Shown piece by piece: positions 1 through 13,924 of a DNA stretch of 64,000 bases (its first letter is position 1; every line of letters begins with the position of its first letter). Where the stretch lies: contig NC_043000.1 in assembly GCF_006345805.1 (NCBI RefSeq), positions 36,332,001 to 36,396,000 on the forward strand. The letters run 5' to 3'. The stretch comes from Octopus sinensis. Taxonomy: Eukaryota. The notes beneath the pieces were generated by a model. It was not told where the DNA came from. It searched no databases and was given only the letters and a program-made list of their open reading frames with translations. A program made the position numbers and the translations under genes.

Positions 1-321
1 TATCAATAAAGGCTATCTGATCATTCCTATTTGTCTCCCTCGGCTTCTTGCGTTCTCATTTCACTTTCAAATTCCACATTATCAACTGTCTCTTTTCATT
101 TACTTTGCCGTCTGGAGACTATCTCCCTTAAACCACGTCGCATCAACCATCTTCCCTAAAAATGATCTCCCTCCTCCAATGAATATCAATTCTTCAGCAA
201 AATTCTCTTTTTATGAATTCGGTGTCTTTTATTAATCATTGAATTTCATGTTCTTTTTTTTTTTTTACCTTTGTATCGATTTTTCCGTATTATTTAATAG
301 ACTACATGTTAATTAATTATT

Positions 322-700
322 GGCACTCCGCCGGTTGCGATGACAAGGGTTCCGGTTGATTCGATCAACAGAACAGCCTGCTTGTGAAATTAACGTGAAC
401 GTGGCTGAGTACTCCACAGACACGTGTATCCTTAACGTAGTTCTCGGGGAGATTCAGCGTGACACAGAGAGTGACAAGGCTGGCCTTTTGAAATACAAGT
501 ACAGCAGAAACAGGAAGAAAGAGTGAGAGGAAGTTGTGGTGAAAGAGTAGAGCAGGGTTCACCACAACCCCTGCTGGAACGTCGTGGAGCTTTAGATATT
601 TTCGCTCAATAGACACTGACAACGCCCAATCTGGGAGTCGAAACCGCGATACCACGATCGCGAGTCCGCTACTCTAACCGCTGGGCCATTGCTCCTCCAC
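322..700 (-). mobile_element. tRNA-derived SINE, family A, full length
   Basis: tRNA-like head (GGCCCAGCGGTTAG...GTTTCGACTCC on minus); body near-identical to 6540-6920 and 50081-50469; 11-bp TSD AATTAATTATT at 311-321 and 701-711. Confidence 0.9.
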
Positions 701-834
701 AATTAATTATTACTTTGACAGAAACTTCAACATTTCAGCTTCTGAGCCATAATTATACTCTCTGACGAAGACGACAAAGCCAAACTATGAAACTATTGTC
801 AAATATTTCCTTGTAAAAGTTAAATATATACATA

Positions 835-875
835 TACATGCATACATACATAATACATATATGCATGCATGTGCG

Positions 876-907
<32 letters not shown>

Positions 908-1010
908 CATACATATATACATGCATATGTGCATACATACATACATACATACATACATACATACATACATAATGTATATATGTGGATACATATATATATA
1001 CATGCGCACA
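835..1010. repeat. (TACA)n/(TA)n compound microsatellite
   Basis: Direct reading. Confidence 0.95.
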
Positions 1011-2009
1011 CACAATTATTTGCGACAGTATTCATAACGGAAAGCCATCTTTGTATCCAACTAAAGCTGGATGTCTTGTTAGAACGCCTAATATTGCGCT
1101 TTTGGCGTCGAAACATTCCCTTGGTTCATAAAAGCATAGACAAGTATCGACTGCTACAATATATGTCTGTGCTTTTATACACCATAGTTAAACATGAGAT
1201 CTCTGGAGGCTGATAGCGCAGTATTTGGCCTTCCAACAAGACATTCACGTGAAGTTGCACATAAAGTCTGCTCTTAAACCATACACACACACACACACAC
1301 ACAGATGTGTATATTTATATACGTATGTATGTGTGTGTGTGTGCGCGCGTGTGTGTATCTATGCGTTGGTTTCTGTAGATTATATCATCATCGTCATCAT
1401 GGACATTGATCAACTAACTGTAAAAGATGCGTTGAAGATCTCCCAAGTAAATTCAAACATTAAACAAAGTTAATTGACTGCTAAAGGCAGAAGTTTTCGG
1501 AAATGCTGAGGTGACAAGTTCGAAAGCGGACATCTATTAATCTTCCTCAGTTCATCAAGAATCGAATTTACTCTGTCAACCAGGACTCTGATAATCCATT
1601 CGAAAGAGAAATTAGCAGACATTCTGGAAAGTTTGGAATTTTCTAAATTAAGAGTCTGTCTTTCTGTTCTCTCGCTAACTCTCGCCATTTTCTCCATCTT
1701 CCTTTATAATTTCGGTTCTCTTTGATGTAACTTTTCTTATCTGAAGTAATTTTATGCTAGTTTCTGGCGTTGGTCAATTCCAGGGCTTATTAAAGAAGTG
1801 GCTAGTGAACCAAGCGATGTGACCTCTCTGGCTCAATATAGCACACATATTTACAGCTTGCTGTATGATCTCTGTTACAAATTGTTAGGGTACCATGATT
1901 GGTCGACATATTGGATTACTGAACCATGAATTCAGATTAATGCTGTATATCGATCTGAACCGTGATCTTAACAGATCCACCAACGCTGAAGCAAGATACA
2001 GACAAACAG

Positions 2010-2031
2010 GTTTACATATATACATATACAT

Positions 2032-2083
<52 letters not shown>

Positions 2084-2163
2084 CATATACTATACATGTA
2101 TGTATATGTATTTATATATATATATATATAATATATATATATATACGTATACATATATATATA

Positions 2164-2211
<48 letters not shown>

Positions 2212-2225
2212 TACATACATACATA
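2010..2225. repeat. (TA)n microsatellite followed by a decayed SINE family B 3' module (about 2230-2325)
   Basis: TA run, then AAGTACTAGGCC...CATGGCCGCAGTCTAATGACAGAAACAAG matching the family B tail. Confidence 0.85.
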
Positions 2226-3099
2226 AAAAATATAAGTACTAGGCCGATTCATTCGCCTAAAATTTCGCGAAGTAGGAGCCCCAACATGGCCGCAGTCTAA
2301 TGACAGAAACAAGAAAAAGCTAAAAGATTAACCTGAAATATATTCATATATTTAACATGTTCGTGTACAGCCGGACGTAGGAAGAGGTTTCGTTGTAGAA
2401 GTATTTTCGAGCAAAAGACTTTCTGCTAATGCAGCATTGCGAACTAATGATGTCATCGTCTCGTCATCGGACTGAACGTGTTCAGTAGCACTGGATATAG
2501 TTTCGTCGCTGTTTCATGTGACTCTTACTTTTAGTTTAATTAAACTTTGCATATGAGAGCAATTTAATGTCTACTGTCTTTATATATAGGAAAAAGACCA
2601 TTCTTATAGGGCTGTGAAAAGCTATTCGGTATTCCTGGCTAACGAAGCTTAACAAAGCAGAAACGCATGCGTTCCATGATGCAATGACGCCGCCCATAGC
2701 CTAATATGCTTTCACATATGCTGTCTATGAGATGTGACATCTCCCAAGACTGTTTCCGCTCTGTAAGATTTTCTGATATTCACCTGTGCACGAATGCTGC
2801 GCGTGACTTTGTTCATTTGATATAACATGTAAAATACTTTTCCAGAGTGTGGGGCTGTGGAGTCGAGCCCAGATTCTCGTGATTCTGAAGGGAACCTCTC
2901 AGCCACATAGCCATGGCATACATTTCATTTCTGTATTGGACGCTCTGCACGACGTTACTATATTGATGTATGTAGCATATACAGATCAGAGTTCCATAAT
3001 GATTTCGTTGAAACTTGTTCTGGTTATGTGTACCTGCAAAAGCCATTTATATATCAAATTAACCACCAAGTAAATATTCAACATTAGGTCAACTTCTTC

Positions 3100-3310
3100 C
3101 TTGATTTTGAGAGATCCTAGCAAGGCTAATGCGAAAATACCGAAATATATACCAAGACACAAGATGTTACGTATATGAAGCTTTTTGTCAGTGTGCACCA
3201 TCGCAGCTATGCAGATGGATCTTAACTCAGTAATTTCTGGTGATCCCCTAAACTGCACATTAAGGATTTGCTTGAAATCCCCCGTAACAACGTTCACACT
3301 CCTCGATATT
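3100..3310 (-). pseudogene. Possible decayed Pif1-like (Helitron-type) helicase fragment
   Basis: Minus frame VVTGDFKQILNVQFRGSPEITEL...KKLHIRNI...GIFALALL resembles Pif1 motif III GDFRQ(I/T)LPV and downstream spacing; by eye only. Confidence 0.3.
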
Positions 3311-3599
3311 TCAAAAAATTTACACTACATTATAGCATAAACTAGGTAAATGCTTGTAAACCGTTTAAGTAATGTAGGCGATGTGTCAAGTAAAACCTGT
3401 AAGGGGATGTTAATGAATAAAACAGAAAAGAAAGATATTGAACGATCATACATAGTTCCTTTCATGATCCAATAAAATTTCGGGAAAACGTACCCTTTCA
3501 AATAGAAAACTGAATTTAACATATATATATTTTCTGCTGAGTCGCATGTACCCATCTGCTCTAATACCTCTAAAATACGTATCCTTGCCTGCCCCACTC

Positions 3600-3950
3600 C
3601 TTCTTGTTTTCTCTGTCTTCTGCTGAGGCACCCTCTTCGTTGAACCCTCCATCCTCAGTTTCATTCTCTCATACACACTTTAGCCAGGTTGCAGTTGTCT
3701 CCCTCGCCACCATTATCTCCATTACCTCCAACCGCTTCATTCCTTTTGGTCAGTGTGCAACCGTTAATCCAGACATGACTTTTTTTTTCCCGCTCCGGTT
3801 TTTTCCCCTTTCCATGTTTCCTGCCTTCATCTCTTTTCTCTCGTTCCTTTCTATAAAAGAGCGTAGGATCGAAACGTCAAATACACTTCTCTTTTTCTTG
3901 GCGTCAAAATAATATACTCTACTTATCGCTCCTTCACCTGACTCTGCATC
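3600..3950 (+). mobile_element. Penelope-like terminal repeat remnant with decayed hammerhead core
   Basis: Pyrimidine-rich UTR then CTATAAAAGAGCGTAGGATCGAAACGTCAAA (3851-3881), a mutated version of the motif at 22340 and 34361. Confidence 0.5.
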
Positions 3951-3989
3951 TTATTTATTGATTATGTAGAATTTTGCGTCATATACGCT

Positions 3990-4081
3990 ATATTTATCTC
4001 TCTCCCTCTTTCTTTCTTTCTTTCTTTCTCTCTGTCTCTGTCTGTCCCTCTCTCTCTCTATATATATATATACACACACAA

Positions 4082-4154
<73 letters not shown>

Positions 4155-4229
4155 TATATATATATATATTATATATATATATACATATATACACACACAT
4201 ATATATACATATATATATATACACACACA

Positions 4230-4262
<33 letters not shown>

Positions 4263-4291
4263 GTATATATGTATATATATAATAATACATG

Positions 4292-4343
<52 letters not shown>

Positions 4344-4530
4344 TACAGTATATGTGCATATATACGCGTGTATCTATCTATCTATAAATGCATACATACA
4401 AACATACATACACACATACGTACGTACATACATTCATACACACATACACACATTATACCAACACATACACATGTGAGTATGTGTGTACCTGTGTCTATGT
4501 GTGTGTATGTGTGTGTGCATGTGTGTGTGT
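3990..4530. repeat. (CT)n/(TA)n/(CA)n compound microsatellite
   Basis: Direct reading. Confidence 0.95.
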
Positions 4531-4893
4531 GCCTTTACATGAAAACAGCTGTGAGAAAGAAAAAAAAGAAGGAAGTAACGATCACCAAAAATACCAACGT
4601 TTTCATCTGATCTGTTGCTTCGCTCTAATTTGTCTGAATGGCGAGACATAAACATGCAAACAGCATTAGAAATATATTTGTTCCAATCAATCAGACTTTT
4701 GTGCTGCTTTTTCAGTAAAGCAATGTATTTTGGGTCGCTAGTTAAAGGTGTTTGTAAACACATTCTGTTATTTAAATAAACGAAAGTCATGAAGTAAAAC
4801 GCAAGTGTTCAATACGCTAACTTACTGCGCTATATATAAAGCTGTTTACTTTCAATTACCGATTCCCTATAAATATAACTCGGTAATAACGAC

Positions 4894-5930
<1,037 letters not shown>

Positions 5931-6150
5931 GCTAGCAGTCAAACTGACATCTCTCCCAAGGAATTATTGAAATGTCAAATCTGCGCAGTTTTAATAAGAA
6001 AGCAGTCGAAGGAAAGCACTGGAAGCGCTGATTTACGCTGTAAACAATAAAGAACGCAACCGCAGCTGGATTGTTTACATTTTTATAAAGTTAAAGGAGA
6101 CAGACCATGACATAATAAAATTAGCGGTTTGGTGGCTTGTTTTCGCGTTA

Positions 6151-6363
6151 TAGTAATTCCTCGACTATCGCGAGTGTATCGTTCCAAAACCCCCGCAATA
6201 GGTGAAATTCCGCGAGTAGAAACAGTACTGTACTGTATATTTAAAAAAATTATTTTTATAATTTGTATATATTTAATTTATTATAAATGCAAAACAACAC
6301 CACGGAGGAATCGACGTAAGCTTAAATACTAAACCGTGATAGGTGAATCGCGAGCGATTGCTG
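6151..6363. mobile_element. Tigger/pogo-type MITE
   Basis: Imperfect TIRs (TAGTAATTCCTCGACTATCGCG / CGCGAGCGATTGCTG), flanking TA at 6149-6150 and 6364-6365, sub-terminal repeats CCGCRATAGGTGAA. Confidence 0.65.
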
Positions 6364-6539
6364 TATTTATCTTTGGGAAGTCAGTAAGCTGGCAGAATCG
6401 TTAGAGCATCAGACAAAATGCTTAATAGCATATCTTCCACCTCTTTACATCTTCAGTTCAAATTCTACCGAGGATGTCTTTGGTTTTAATCCTTTTTGGG
6501 GGTCTATGAATGTTTTAGTCGGCCCAAGTCTATAATAGA

Positions 6540-6920
6540 TGGAAGCACTCCGTCGGTTACGACGACGAGGGTTCCGGTTGATCCGATCAACGGAACAGCC
6601 TGCTCGTGAAATTAACGTGTAAGTGGCTGAGCACTCCACAGACACGTGTACTCTTAACGTAGTTCTCGGGGATATTCAGCGTGACACAGAGAGTGACAAG
6701 GCCGGCTCTTTGAAATACAGGTACAACAGAAACAGGAAGTAAGAGTGAGAGAAAGTTGTGGTGAAAGAGTACAGCAGGGATCACCACCATTCCTGCCGGA
6801 GCCTCGTGGAGCTTTAGGTGTTTTCGCTCAATAAACACTCACAACGCCCAGTCTGGGAATCGAAACCGCGATCCTACGACCGCGAGTCCGCTGCCCTAAC
6901 CACTGGGCCATTGCGCCTCC
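6540..6920 (-). mobile_element. SINE family A, full length
   Basis: 9-bp TSD TATAATAGA at 6531-6539 and 6921-6929; lies between family C (6384-6530) and family B (6930-7010) remnants. Confidence 0.92.
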
Positions 6921-8849
6921 TATAATAGAACACACTTACCGGACGTCTCCTCCTGTGCTATTGAAACCGGGACCATGTGATTGGGAAATAAACTTCTTAA
7001 CATACAAACACGTCTATAGTCACCACTCTAAAATATTTTAAGGCAACTAAATTTAAATTGTTAAAAAGTGCTATAATCTTAAAAGCAGCCAAGAAATATT
7101 CCTGGCTTTGCCCAGACGAAGAAAACCAACCAAGGTGCTCCATCTTTTCAAATCACTCATTTCCGAATATGTCCTTCTTTCTAAGACAACAGTGTATTAT
7201 CTTGTTGCTATTTTTGGCTGCTATTTCTGGTACATCTTACTCTGATGTAGATGTTTCTTAACGTGATCGTCTGACCGATGTGCTTAATACGAGAAACATC
7301 TTAACTATAATTCTGACTGTTTTTCTCTCTTTCGCTCTCTTCCACTTCCTCTTCCTCTCTTCCTCTCTCTCTCTCTCTCTCCATATATTAATGGGAGGAA
7401 GTAACAACTAACTTCCCTTAATCTGGTGGTACTGGGGCTCTTGTTTAAGAGTTCTAAGGTTTTGAGGAGTTTGGAACCATCTCTTTGTCACTATTGTTTC
7501 CATTTTCCTGGAGTAGTAGCACCTGCCAATGTCTCAGCTATGGGTTAGTTATCATGTCACGGAAATTTCTCCACAAGATGGTCACTCAGGGACATCCGAA
7601 CAAATAAAACTGTCCTGGGTCAGTCGGGTTGTTTGTGACTGACCTTCAGTTCTTTCGCTGGTCACCTAAGACAAAGTAATTCCACAAAAATCCTGCATCC
7701 TGGTAACTACGGGGTTCGTGGAGCTTGTTGCACCTGACCAATACAAGGTTGAAGGGCGAGAAAGTGGGACTGACTCTACACAAACCCTGCCAACCACATT
7801 GATAAACTCCGGTCGCCTTGTGGGATAATTTGTTGAGCATTTAAAGAAGGCCAAGAGAAAAAATCTCGATAGTAAATCCTGGGGGAAGGGGCGTAAGGCG
7901 GAGAGGTACAGTTATACTTAACCAGTATCTGGCACTTCTTGAGAATCTACAGAATTATGCTTCTTTTTTGTGGTGTATTTATGAGTGAAGAGGTAATAAG
8001 TGCGTGGACTTGGGGTTAGGCATTTGTTTCTGGAATCAGTCCAAGCATAGTACTGGTTTGGATAGTGTCTCTGCAAAAAGAGGCGATCGACGATGAAAAA
8101 GGAAACCCAACAATTTTCCTCTCGTCTGATTTAAGCTAAAATATCCATTTATGGGTTGCCCAATTCTACCATATAACCTTATAATCTTAAGTATCCTTAA
8201 CCATTATTTTAGCTTTAAAATATGTGGTTACCAGCTTGAATGCTGCCTAAATTGTTCGGCTTTCTCAAAAGATTGCCTCCCTGTGAATTACAAACAAATA
8301 ATTAGTTATTATTATTATTATTATTATATTATTGCAGAGCGATTTATTTCTAATTTTTCGAAATTGCTATTTCTATAGAGTTCGTTGGTCCAACCCACCG
8401 AAAGAAATACAAGCAACGCTATTGGAAATGTCGATATATTTATCGCAGAGATCTGGGAGGAATGAGGAAAACGAAGTCTTGCAATACAATTAGTTCCTCG
8501 CAAAATAGTTATAAAATCTTGCTAATTATACCTGCTATTAATTAAATAATTAGTTCTAATTATTAATACAAACATTATATAATTACGAAGCCTAAATGTT
8601 TTTTTTGTTTTTATGAAATACATTCGTGTCGTTGATTGCTCCTCACTGATTTCTACCAGAATCTGTAAAGCATTTGATGCAGGGACAGGAAATGTTTGGG
8701 TTATCTGAAAATAGACAGATGCCAGCTCGTTCACGTAATCATCCTACACGACCTCTAAGCAAATATGTTGCAGTGGAAGCCTGTAAAAAGCGCAGTCAGA
8801 TTTCCTTCAAGTTACTCCGTACAGTATTAAATTAAGCAAAGATATTCTT

Positions 8850-9429
8850 TTCTTCTCTAGGCACAAGGCCCGAAATTTGGGGGTAAGGAGTCAGTCGATT
8901 AGATCGACCTCAGTACGCAACTGGTACTTATTTTATCGACACTGAAATGATGAAAGGCAAAGTCGACCTAGGCGAAATTTGAACTTAGAACGTAAAGACA
9001 GACGAAATACCTATTTCTTTACTGCCCAAAAGAGGCTACACACAGAGAGGACAAACAAGAACAGACGAACGGATTAAGTCGATTACATCGATCCCAGTGC
9101 TTATCTGGTACTTATTTAATCGACCCTGAAAAGATGAAAGGCAAAGTAGACCTCGGCGGAATTTGAACTCACAACGTAAAGACAGACGAAATACCTATTT
9201 CTTTACTACCTACAAGGGACCAAACACAGAGAGGACAAAACAAAGACAGACAAACGGAATACATCGATTATATCGACCCCAGTGTGCAACTGGTACTTAA
9301 TTTATCGACCCCGAAAGGATGAAAGACAAAGTCGAGCTCGGCAGAATTTGAACTTAGAACATAACGGCAGACGAAATACGGCTGTGCATCTCGCCCGGCG
9401 TGCTAACGTTTCTGCCAGATCGCCGCCTT
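8850..9429 (-). mobile_element. SINE family C head-to-tail trimer
   Basis: Units about 8850-9010, 9011-9193 and 9194-9429; junction GACGAAATAC|CTATTTCTTTACT occurs twice; only the last unit keeps the GGCGGCGA.CTGGCAGAA head. Confidence 0.85.
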
Positions 9430-9699
9430 AAAGGATCTTTTCTACTCTAGGCACATGGTCCGAAATTTTAGGGTAGGAGGTCAGTCGATTAGATCGACCA
9501 GTGTCCTAATGTTTCTGCTAGCTCGCTGCCTTATTAAGGAAAATATTTAATAATGGATTCCTACTTATATTAATGTACGAAGAAAATAGACAGTGAGGGT
9601 CACAATTTGGAACATCTTTAACCATGGATCTTCAACCACAGTAGACTTGTAGCTTAACAACATTAACAGCAACTGAAAAAGGTTTGGATCTTCTAGCTT

Positions 9700-10005
9700 T
9701 TATCCTCATAGACTGTGGCTATGCTGGGGCACCGCCTTGAACTTTTAGTATTCTATCGATATCTTTTGCCGAACCGCTAGGTTAAGGGGACGTAAACACA
9801 CCAACACCGGTTGTCAAGCGGTGATGAGGAGACACACACACATAAATATAGATGTATATATATATAATGGACTTCTTTTAGTTTCTCTCTACCAGATCCA
9901 CTCACAAGGCTTTGAGTGGCTCGAGGCTATAGTAGAAGACACTTGCCCAATGTGCCACGCAGTGGGACTGAACTCGGAACCATGTGGTTGGTAAGTAAGC
10001 TTCCC
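9700..10005 (-). mobile_element. SINE family B
   Basis: Tail 9700-9835 and head 9865-10005, reverse complement. Confidence 0.8.
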
Positions 10006-10084
10006 AACCTGGTTTATGGTTTGCTTTTTTTCTTTAATGTTCTTAAATATTTCTTTAAAAATAATGAATTTCAATATTAGTTTC

Positions 10085-10745
10085 AGATTTTGGCACAAGG
10101 CCAGCAAGTATAGGGTTGAGGTCAGATTATATTGACCTCAGTGTTCAACTGGTACTTATTTTATCGGCCCCAAAAGAATAAAAGTCAAAGTCGACCTGAG
10201 CGGAATTTGAACTCACAACGTAAAGTCGGACGAAATGCCGCTGAGCATGAGCATTTTATCCGGCGTGCTTAACGATTCTGCCAGCTCGCCGCCTCTAAAT
10301 GAATTTTAATATTGAGACCAAAGCAAGCTGGCAGAGTTTTTAACACACAAGACAAAATACTTAGTGGCACTTATTCTGCTTTTAGGCTCTGAGTTCAAAT
10401 TCCGTTGGGATCGACCTTGTCTTTCATCCTTTCGGTGTCGATAAAATATATTCCTGTTGAAAACTGGGGTCGATATAATCGACTTAACCCCATCCCGAAA
10501 TTGCTGGTCTTGTGTCCAAATATGAAAATGATATTGAAACCAAGTCAATCGTTAGCAGGCCGGACAAAATGCTTAGCGACATTTCATCCGTCTTTGCGTT
10601 CTAAGTTCAAATTCCACCGAGGTCAGCTCTACCTTTCGTCCTTTCTGGGTCGATAAAATAAGTAGCAGTTGATCAGTGGGGTCGATGTAATCGATTTACT
10701 CCTTTCCCATTAAATTCCTGGCCTTGGGCCAAACTTTGATAGTAT
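10085..10745. mobile_element. Cluster of three SINE family C copies (10085-10295 minus; 10320-10510 plus; 10540-10745 plus)
   Basis: Shared GAGTTCAAATTCC...CTTTCATCCTTTCGGGGTCGATAAA core. Confidence 0.8.
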
Positions 10746-11019
10746 GTCCACTACTTGCTTGTTACATATTTAACGTTTTCACCCTCGCCTCCCAAAGGGA
10801 GTTAATGATATCAGGTCATTAAAAATGAACTGTCCGATTTTCTTATGCACCGAGTTTTACAGAAAGTGAGAGAAAAAGAAAGGAAGAGAGAGAAAGAGAG
10901 AGAGAGAAGGGGAGAGAGAAAGAGACAAGGAAGAGAGAGAGAGAGAGAGACGGAGAGAGAAAGGGAGAGAGAATCGATCTTAGTGTTTCATCAATATTTC
11001 CTTTACTGAAGAGAAGTCG

Positions 11020-11335
11020 AATGGCTTAGTGGTTGAGCTATTTAGGCCACCATCCTGTGATCGTGAGTTCGATACCCAGAGGCGCACGGTGTCTTTGAAC
11101 AAGACACTTTATTCCGCATTACTCAAGTCCACTGAACTGGCAAAAACGAATAGTACCCGTAATACAAAGGGAGCAAGCCTTCTCACATTCTGCATCACAC
11201 TGAATCTCCCCGAGAACTACACTAAGGTTATGCGTGTCTGAGGAGTACTCAGCCACTTGCATATTGATTACACGAGCAGGCGGTTCCGCAGTTCAGATCA
11301 ACTAGATCACTCGTCATCGTAACCGACGAAGTACC
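11020..11335 (+). mobile_element. Hybrid SINE (alternative tRNA head + CTTTGAACAAGACACTTT module + family A tail)
   Basis: GGCTTAGTGGTT...GAGTTCGATACC head; tail ends TCGTCATCGTAACCGACGAAGTACC as in family A. Confidence 0.7.
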
Positions 11336-11619
11336 AGTTTTATTTACCGACGAATGACAAGCTAACTTCGGTTGGATTTGAACTTAGAATGCAAGGAACC
11401 AGTATAAAGTCCCCTCTCCCCCCACCCCAGTATTTTTTCTAAAGCTATGAAAACTCTCCACAAACTGTTGATTGTTCTATAATAAAAGGTTTCTAACTTT
11501 AGTCCCACGAGATTTGTCTCCCATTTCCAGTTGATGCAGAAACCATGTTGAGGGCGCAGTGGGTACCTTCTTAGTCTGAAATGGACGTGATCTTTTAGTT
11601 TTTTATCTTTTGTTTGTTT

Positions 11620-11803
11620 AAGTCATTAGTCTGCGGCCATGCTGGGGCACTACTTTGAGGAGATTTTAGTCGAATGAATTGATTCTAGTACTAATGCTTT
11701 TTTTTCTTAAACCCGGTACTTACATTATCGATCTCCTTGCCGAACCTGTAAGTTACGGGGACGTAAACACGTAATTTCACCAACAGTGGTTGCCAAGCAT
11801 AAG

Positions 11804-11847
<44 letters not shown>

Positions 11848-12015
11848 ACACACATATTAAGGGTATGCGGGCTCCTTTCAGTGTCTACGACCAGATCCAC
11901 TCACAAACCGTTGGTTGGCCCTGGGCAATAACATACGATGTTTGCCCAAGGCACCACACAGTAGGACTGAAGCTGAAACCTTGTGATTTGAAATCAAATG
12001 CTTTACCACAGAGCC
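11620..12015 (-). mobile_element. SINE family B with internal (CA)n
   Basis: Reverse complement of tail, microsatellite and head. Confidence 0.75.
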
Positions 12016-12829
12016 AAGCCAAACTTACCGTTAAACAGCATAGTTAGTTATCCCAAGAATATAAAGTTTTAAGCTGTTTAAGCAATATGAGTCCATGACC
12101 ATTAGGTTTAACTTTACCCTTCATGCCCTCCGAGGTGATAGATTAAAATAATCACATGTAAACTCCTAAGATCAAAGAAATCAGGCAAACCCCTGCCCTT
12201 AATATCTGAAGTTTGTTCTGAAAGATAGAAAAATCACTAAAACAATAAAAATATAGGTTTCCTTATTTCTAAGAAATAAAAAAAAACCCACTTGACAATA
12301 GATACTGTATCAATAAACAATGTATTCAGTGATCAGTTCATTGATTTCTTATATTGTTAATATTCATAGGAAAAGAGGAATTGAGGTTTATCTGATTTTC
12401 TTTTCCAAGGACCTTAGCGACATGAATCAAAATGGCGATACTGTTTGCAATGAAAAAACTGGGTCAAGGCTGCAGTGTAATGGCAGCTACCATGTATAAC
12501 ACTTCTGTCAGAAATTAACAATTGTTTCAAATAATGAATAATTGATCAACTTCGACTATTTTAAGTGAACATTTGAATTATATATACATTCATTTCATCG
12601 GATTTAAGTTTTCTGCGTTTGCTCTTATAGCCTTTGCGTGGCTGCGTATTTATTTTGTCTTAATTACTCCGTTGAGATTTTCAACCTAAAGGTATAGTCA
12701 TCATAAGAGTAGAGAATGTGATTTTTGTTGTTTAACCCTAGCCCAGTCCTGATCAAGTTATCCTATGATCAGATATTTTCCAGCCTGAAACAGGATTTCA
12801 TTTAAAAATTATTTAAATTGTTAGTTTCA

Positions 12830-13040
12830 AATTTTGGAACAAGGCCAATTATTTCGTAGAAGGGAGTAAGTTAAATACATCGCCCTCAGTACTCCACTGA
12901 TATGCAATTTATCGACCCCGAAAGGGACAAAAGGTAAAGTCGACCCCGGTAATATTTGAACTCATAACGTAAAGTCGGAAGAAATGCCGCTAAGCATTTC
13001 GTCCGGCGTGATAATTACTCTGCCAGATCACCACCTCAGT
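12830..13040 (-). mobile_element. SINE family C
   Basis: TTTATCGACCCCGAAAGG...AAGTCGACC...GAACTCATAACGTAAAG motif set. Confidence 0.8.
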
Positions 13041-13924
13041 TATTTAAAATATTACACATCTTTCGAGAAGGTAGGGTGTGGTTTGAGGTAGATTTAGTTG
13101 CTATTTCTCGCTGACCTAGAGGCTACACAGAGGCTTCTTCAATGGCATGTTTAGCAGTATACTTTTAATCTTTCTGTTAGTAGTTCCTTCCGCTGCGCTA
13201 TGGCCTTGAGGAACACTGCATTCTAAGACAGTTAACCCACTTAGTCATAAGAAAAAGCAAAACCAATCATTCTTTTCTGGTGCTTTGCGTCTTCTAGGAG
13301 GGGCAAAGGAGAGAGAGAGAAACAATATTTTCACATTAAAGACCATGATTGAATGCTCGGATGCAACCAAGGATCAGATGTTGGTGTTAAAATGTGCAGT
13401 AGAATTAACTCATCAGCCATGTAGGCCACGGTAGGATTTGATCTCAGAACACAAGGAGCTTGCGTAAATACAGCAAGGTAGCAATTCGGCTTTGCCTGCC
13501 CCCCCCCTCCACACACACACACAAACACGCACATACAAATCCAGTTCCATGATCGTATTAAGGTATTTGTGAAACGGGTGATTTGACTAGAAGAAACAAC
13601 CATTGGAATATATTTATGTGAATAGCTATATAATTATGCATGACATGATCATATCTTTACAGCAATAAGGATATCATTCTGTCGTATACAATTATACTGT
13701 TGGAAAAAAGGGTAAAAGTTACAAAACAGCGCAAATTCTGCCACGAAGGGGCGAAAATTGCACGACGCCGACCAATCCTGTAGAATGCCGGTTTGCTTAC
13801 TAACAGAATGCTACAACAAAAGCAAATATGGCGTTCTTCATGAAAATAAGATTCAATAACAACTCACGAACTCCGACGCTTTTATTTTCTAAACGTAACA
13901 GCAATGATAATAATCCATTCTCCC

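Noticed and set aside
745-805. Hammerhead-like words CTGACGA...GAAACTATTGTC
   Set aside because: Stems I and II cannot be formed; at most a fossil.
1470-1697. 75-aa ORF of ordinary composition
   Set aside because: No recognisable motif or convincing splice sites; the antisense frame is also largely open.
7430-7870. GC-richer unique block with two short ORFs
   Set aside because: Probably a retroelement remnant, but no motif was recognisable in any frame I read.
8850-9429. Regularly spaced repeats as a CRISPR array
   Set aside because: Units are about 180-bp SINE copies without unique spacers; eukaryotic context and no cas genes.
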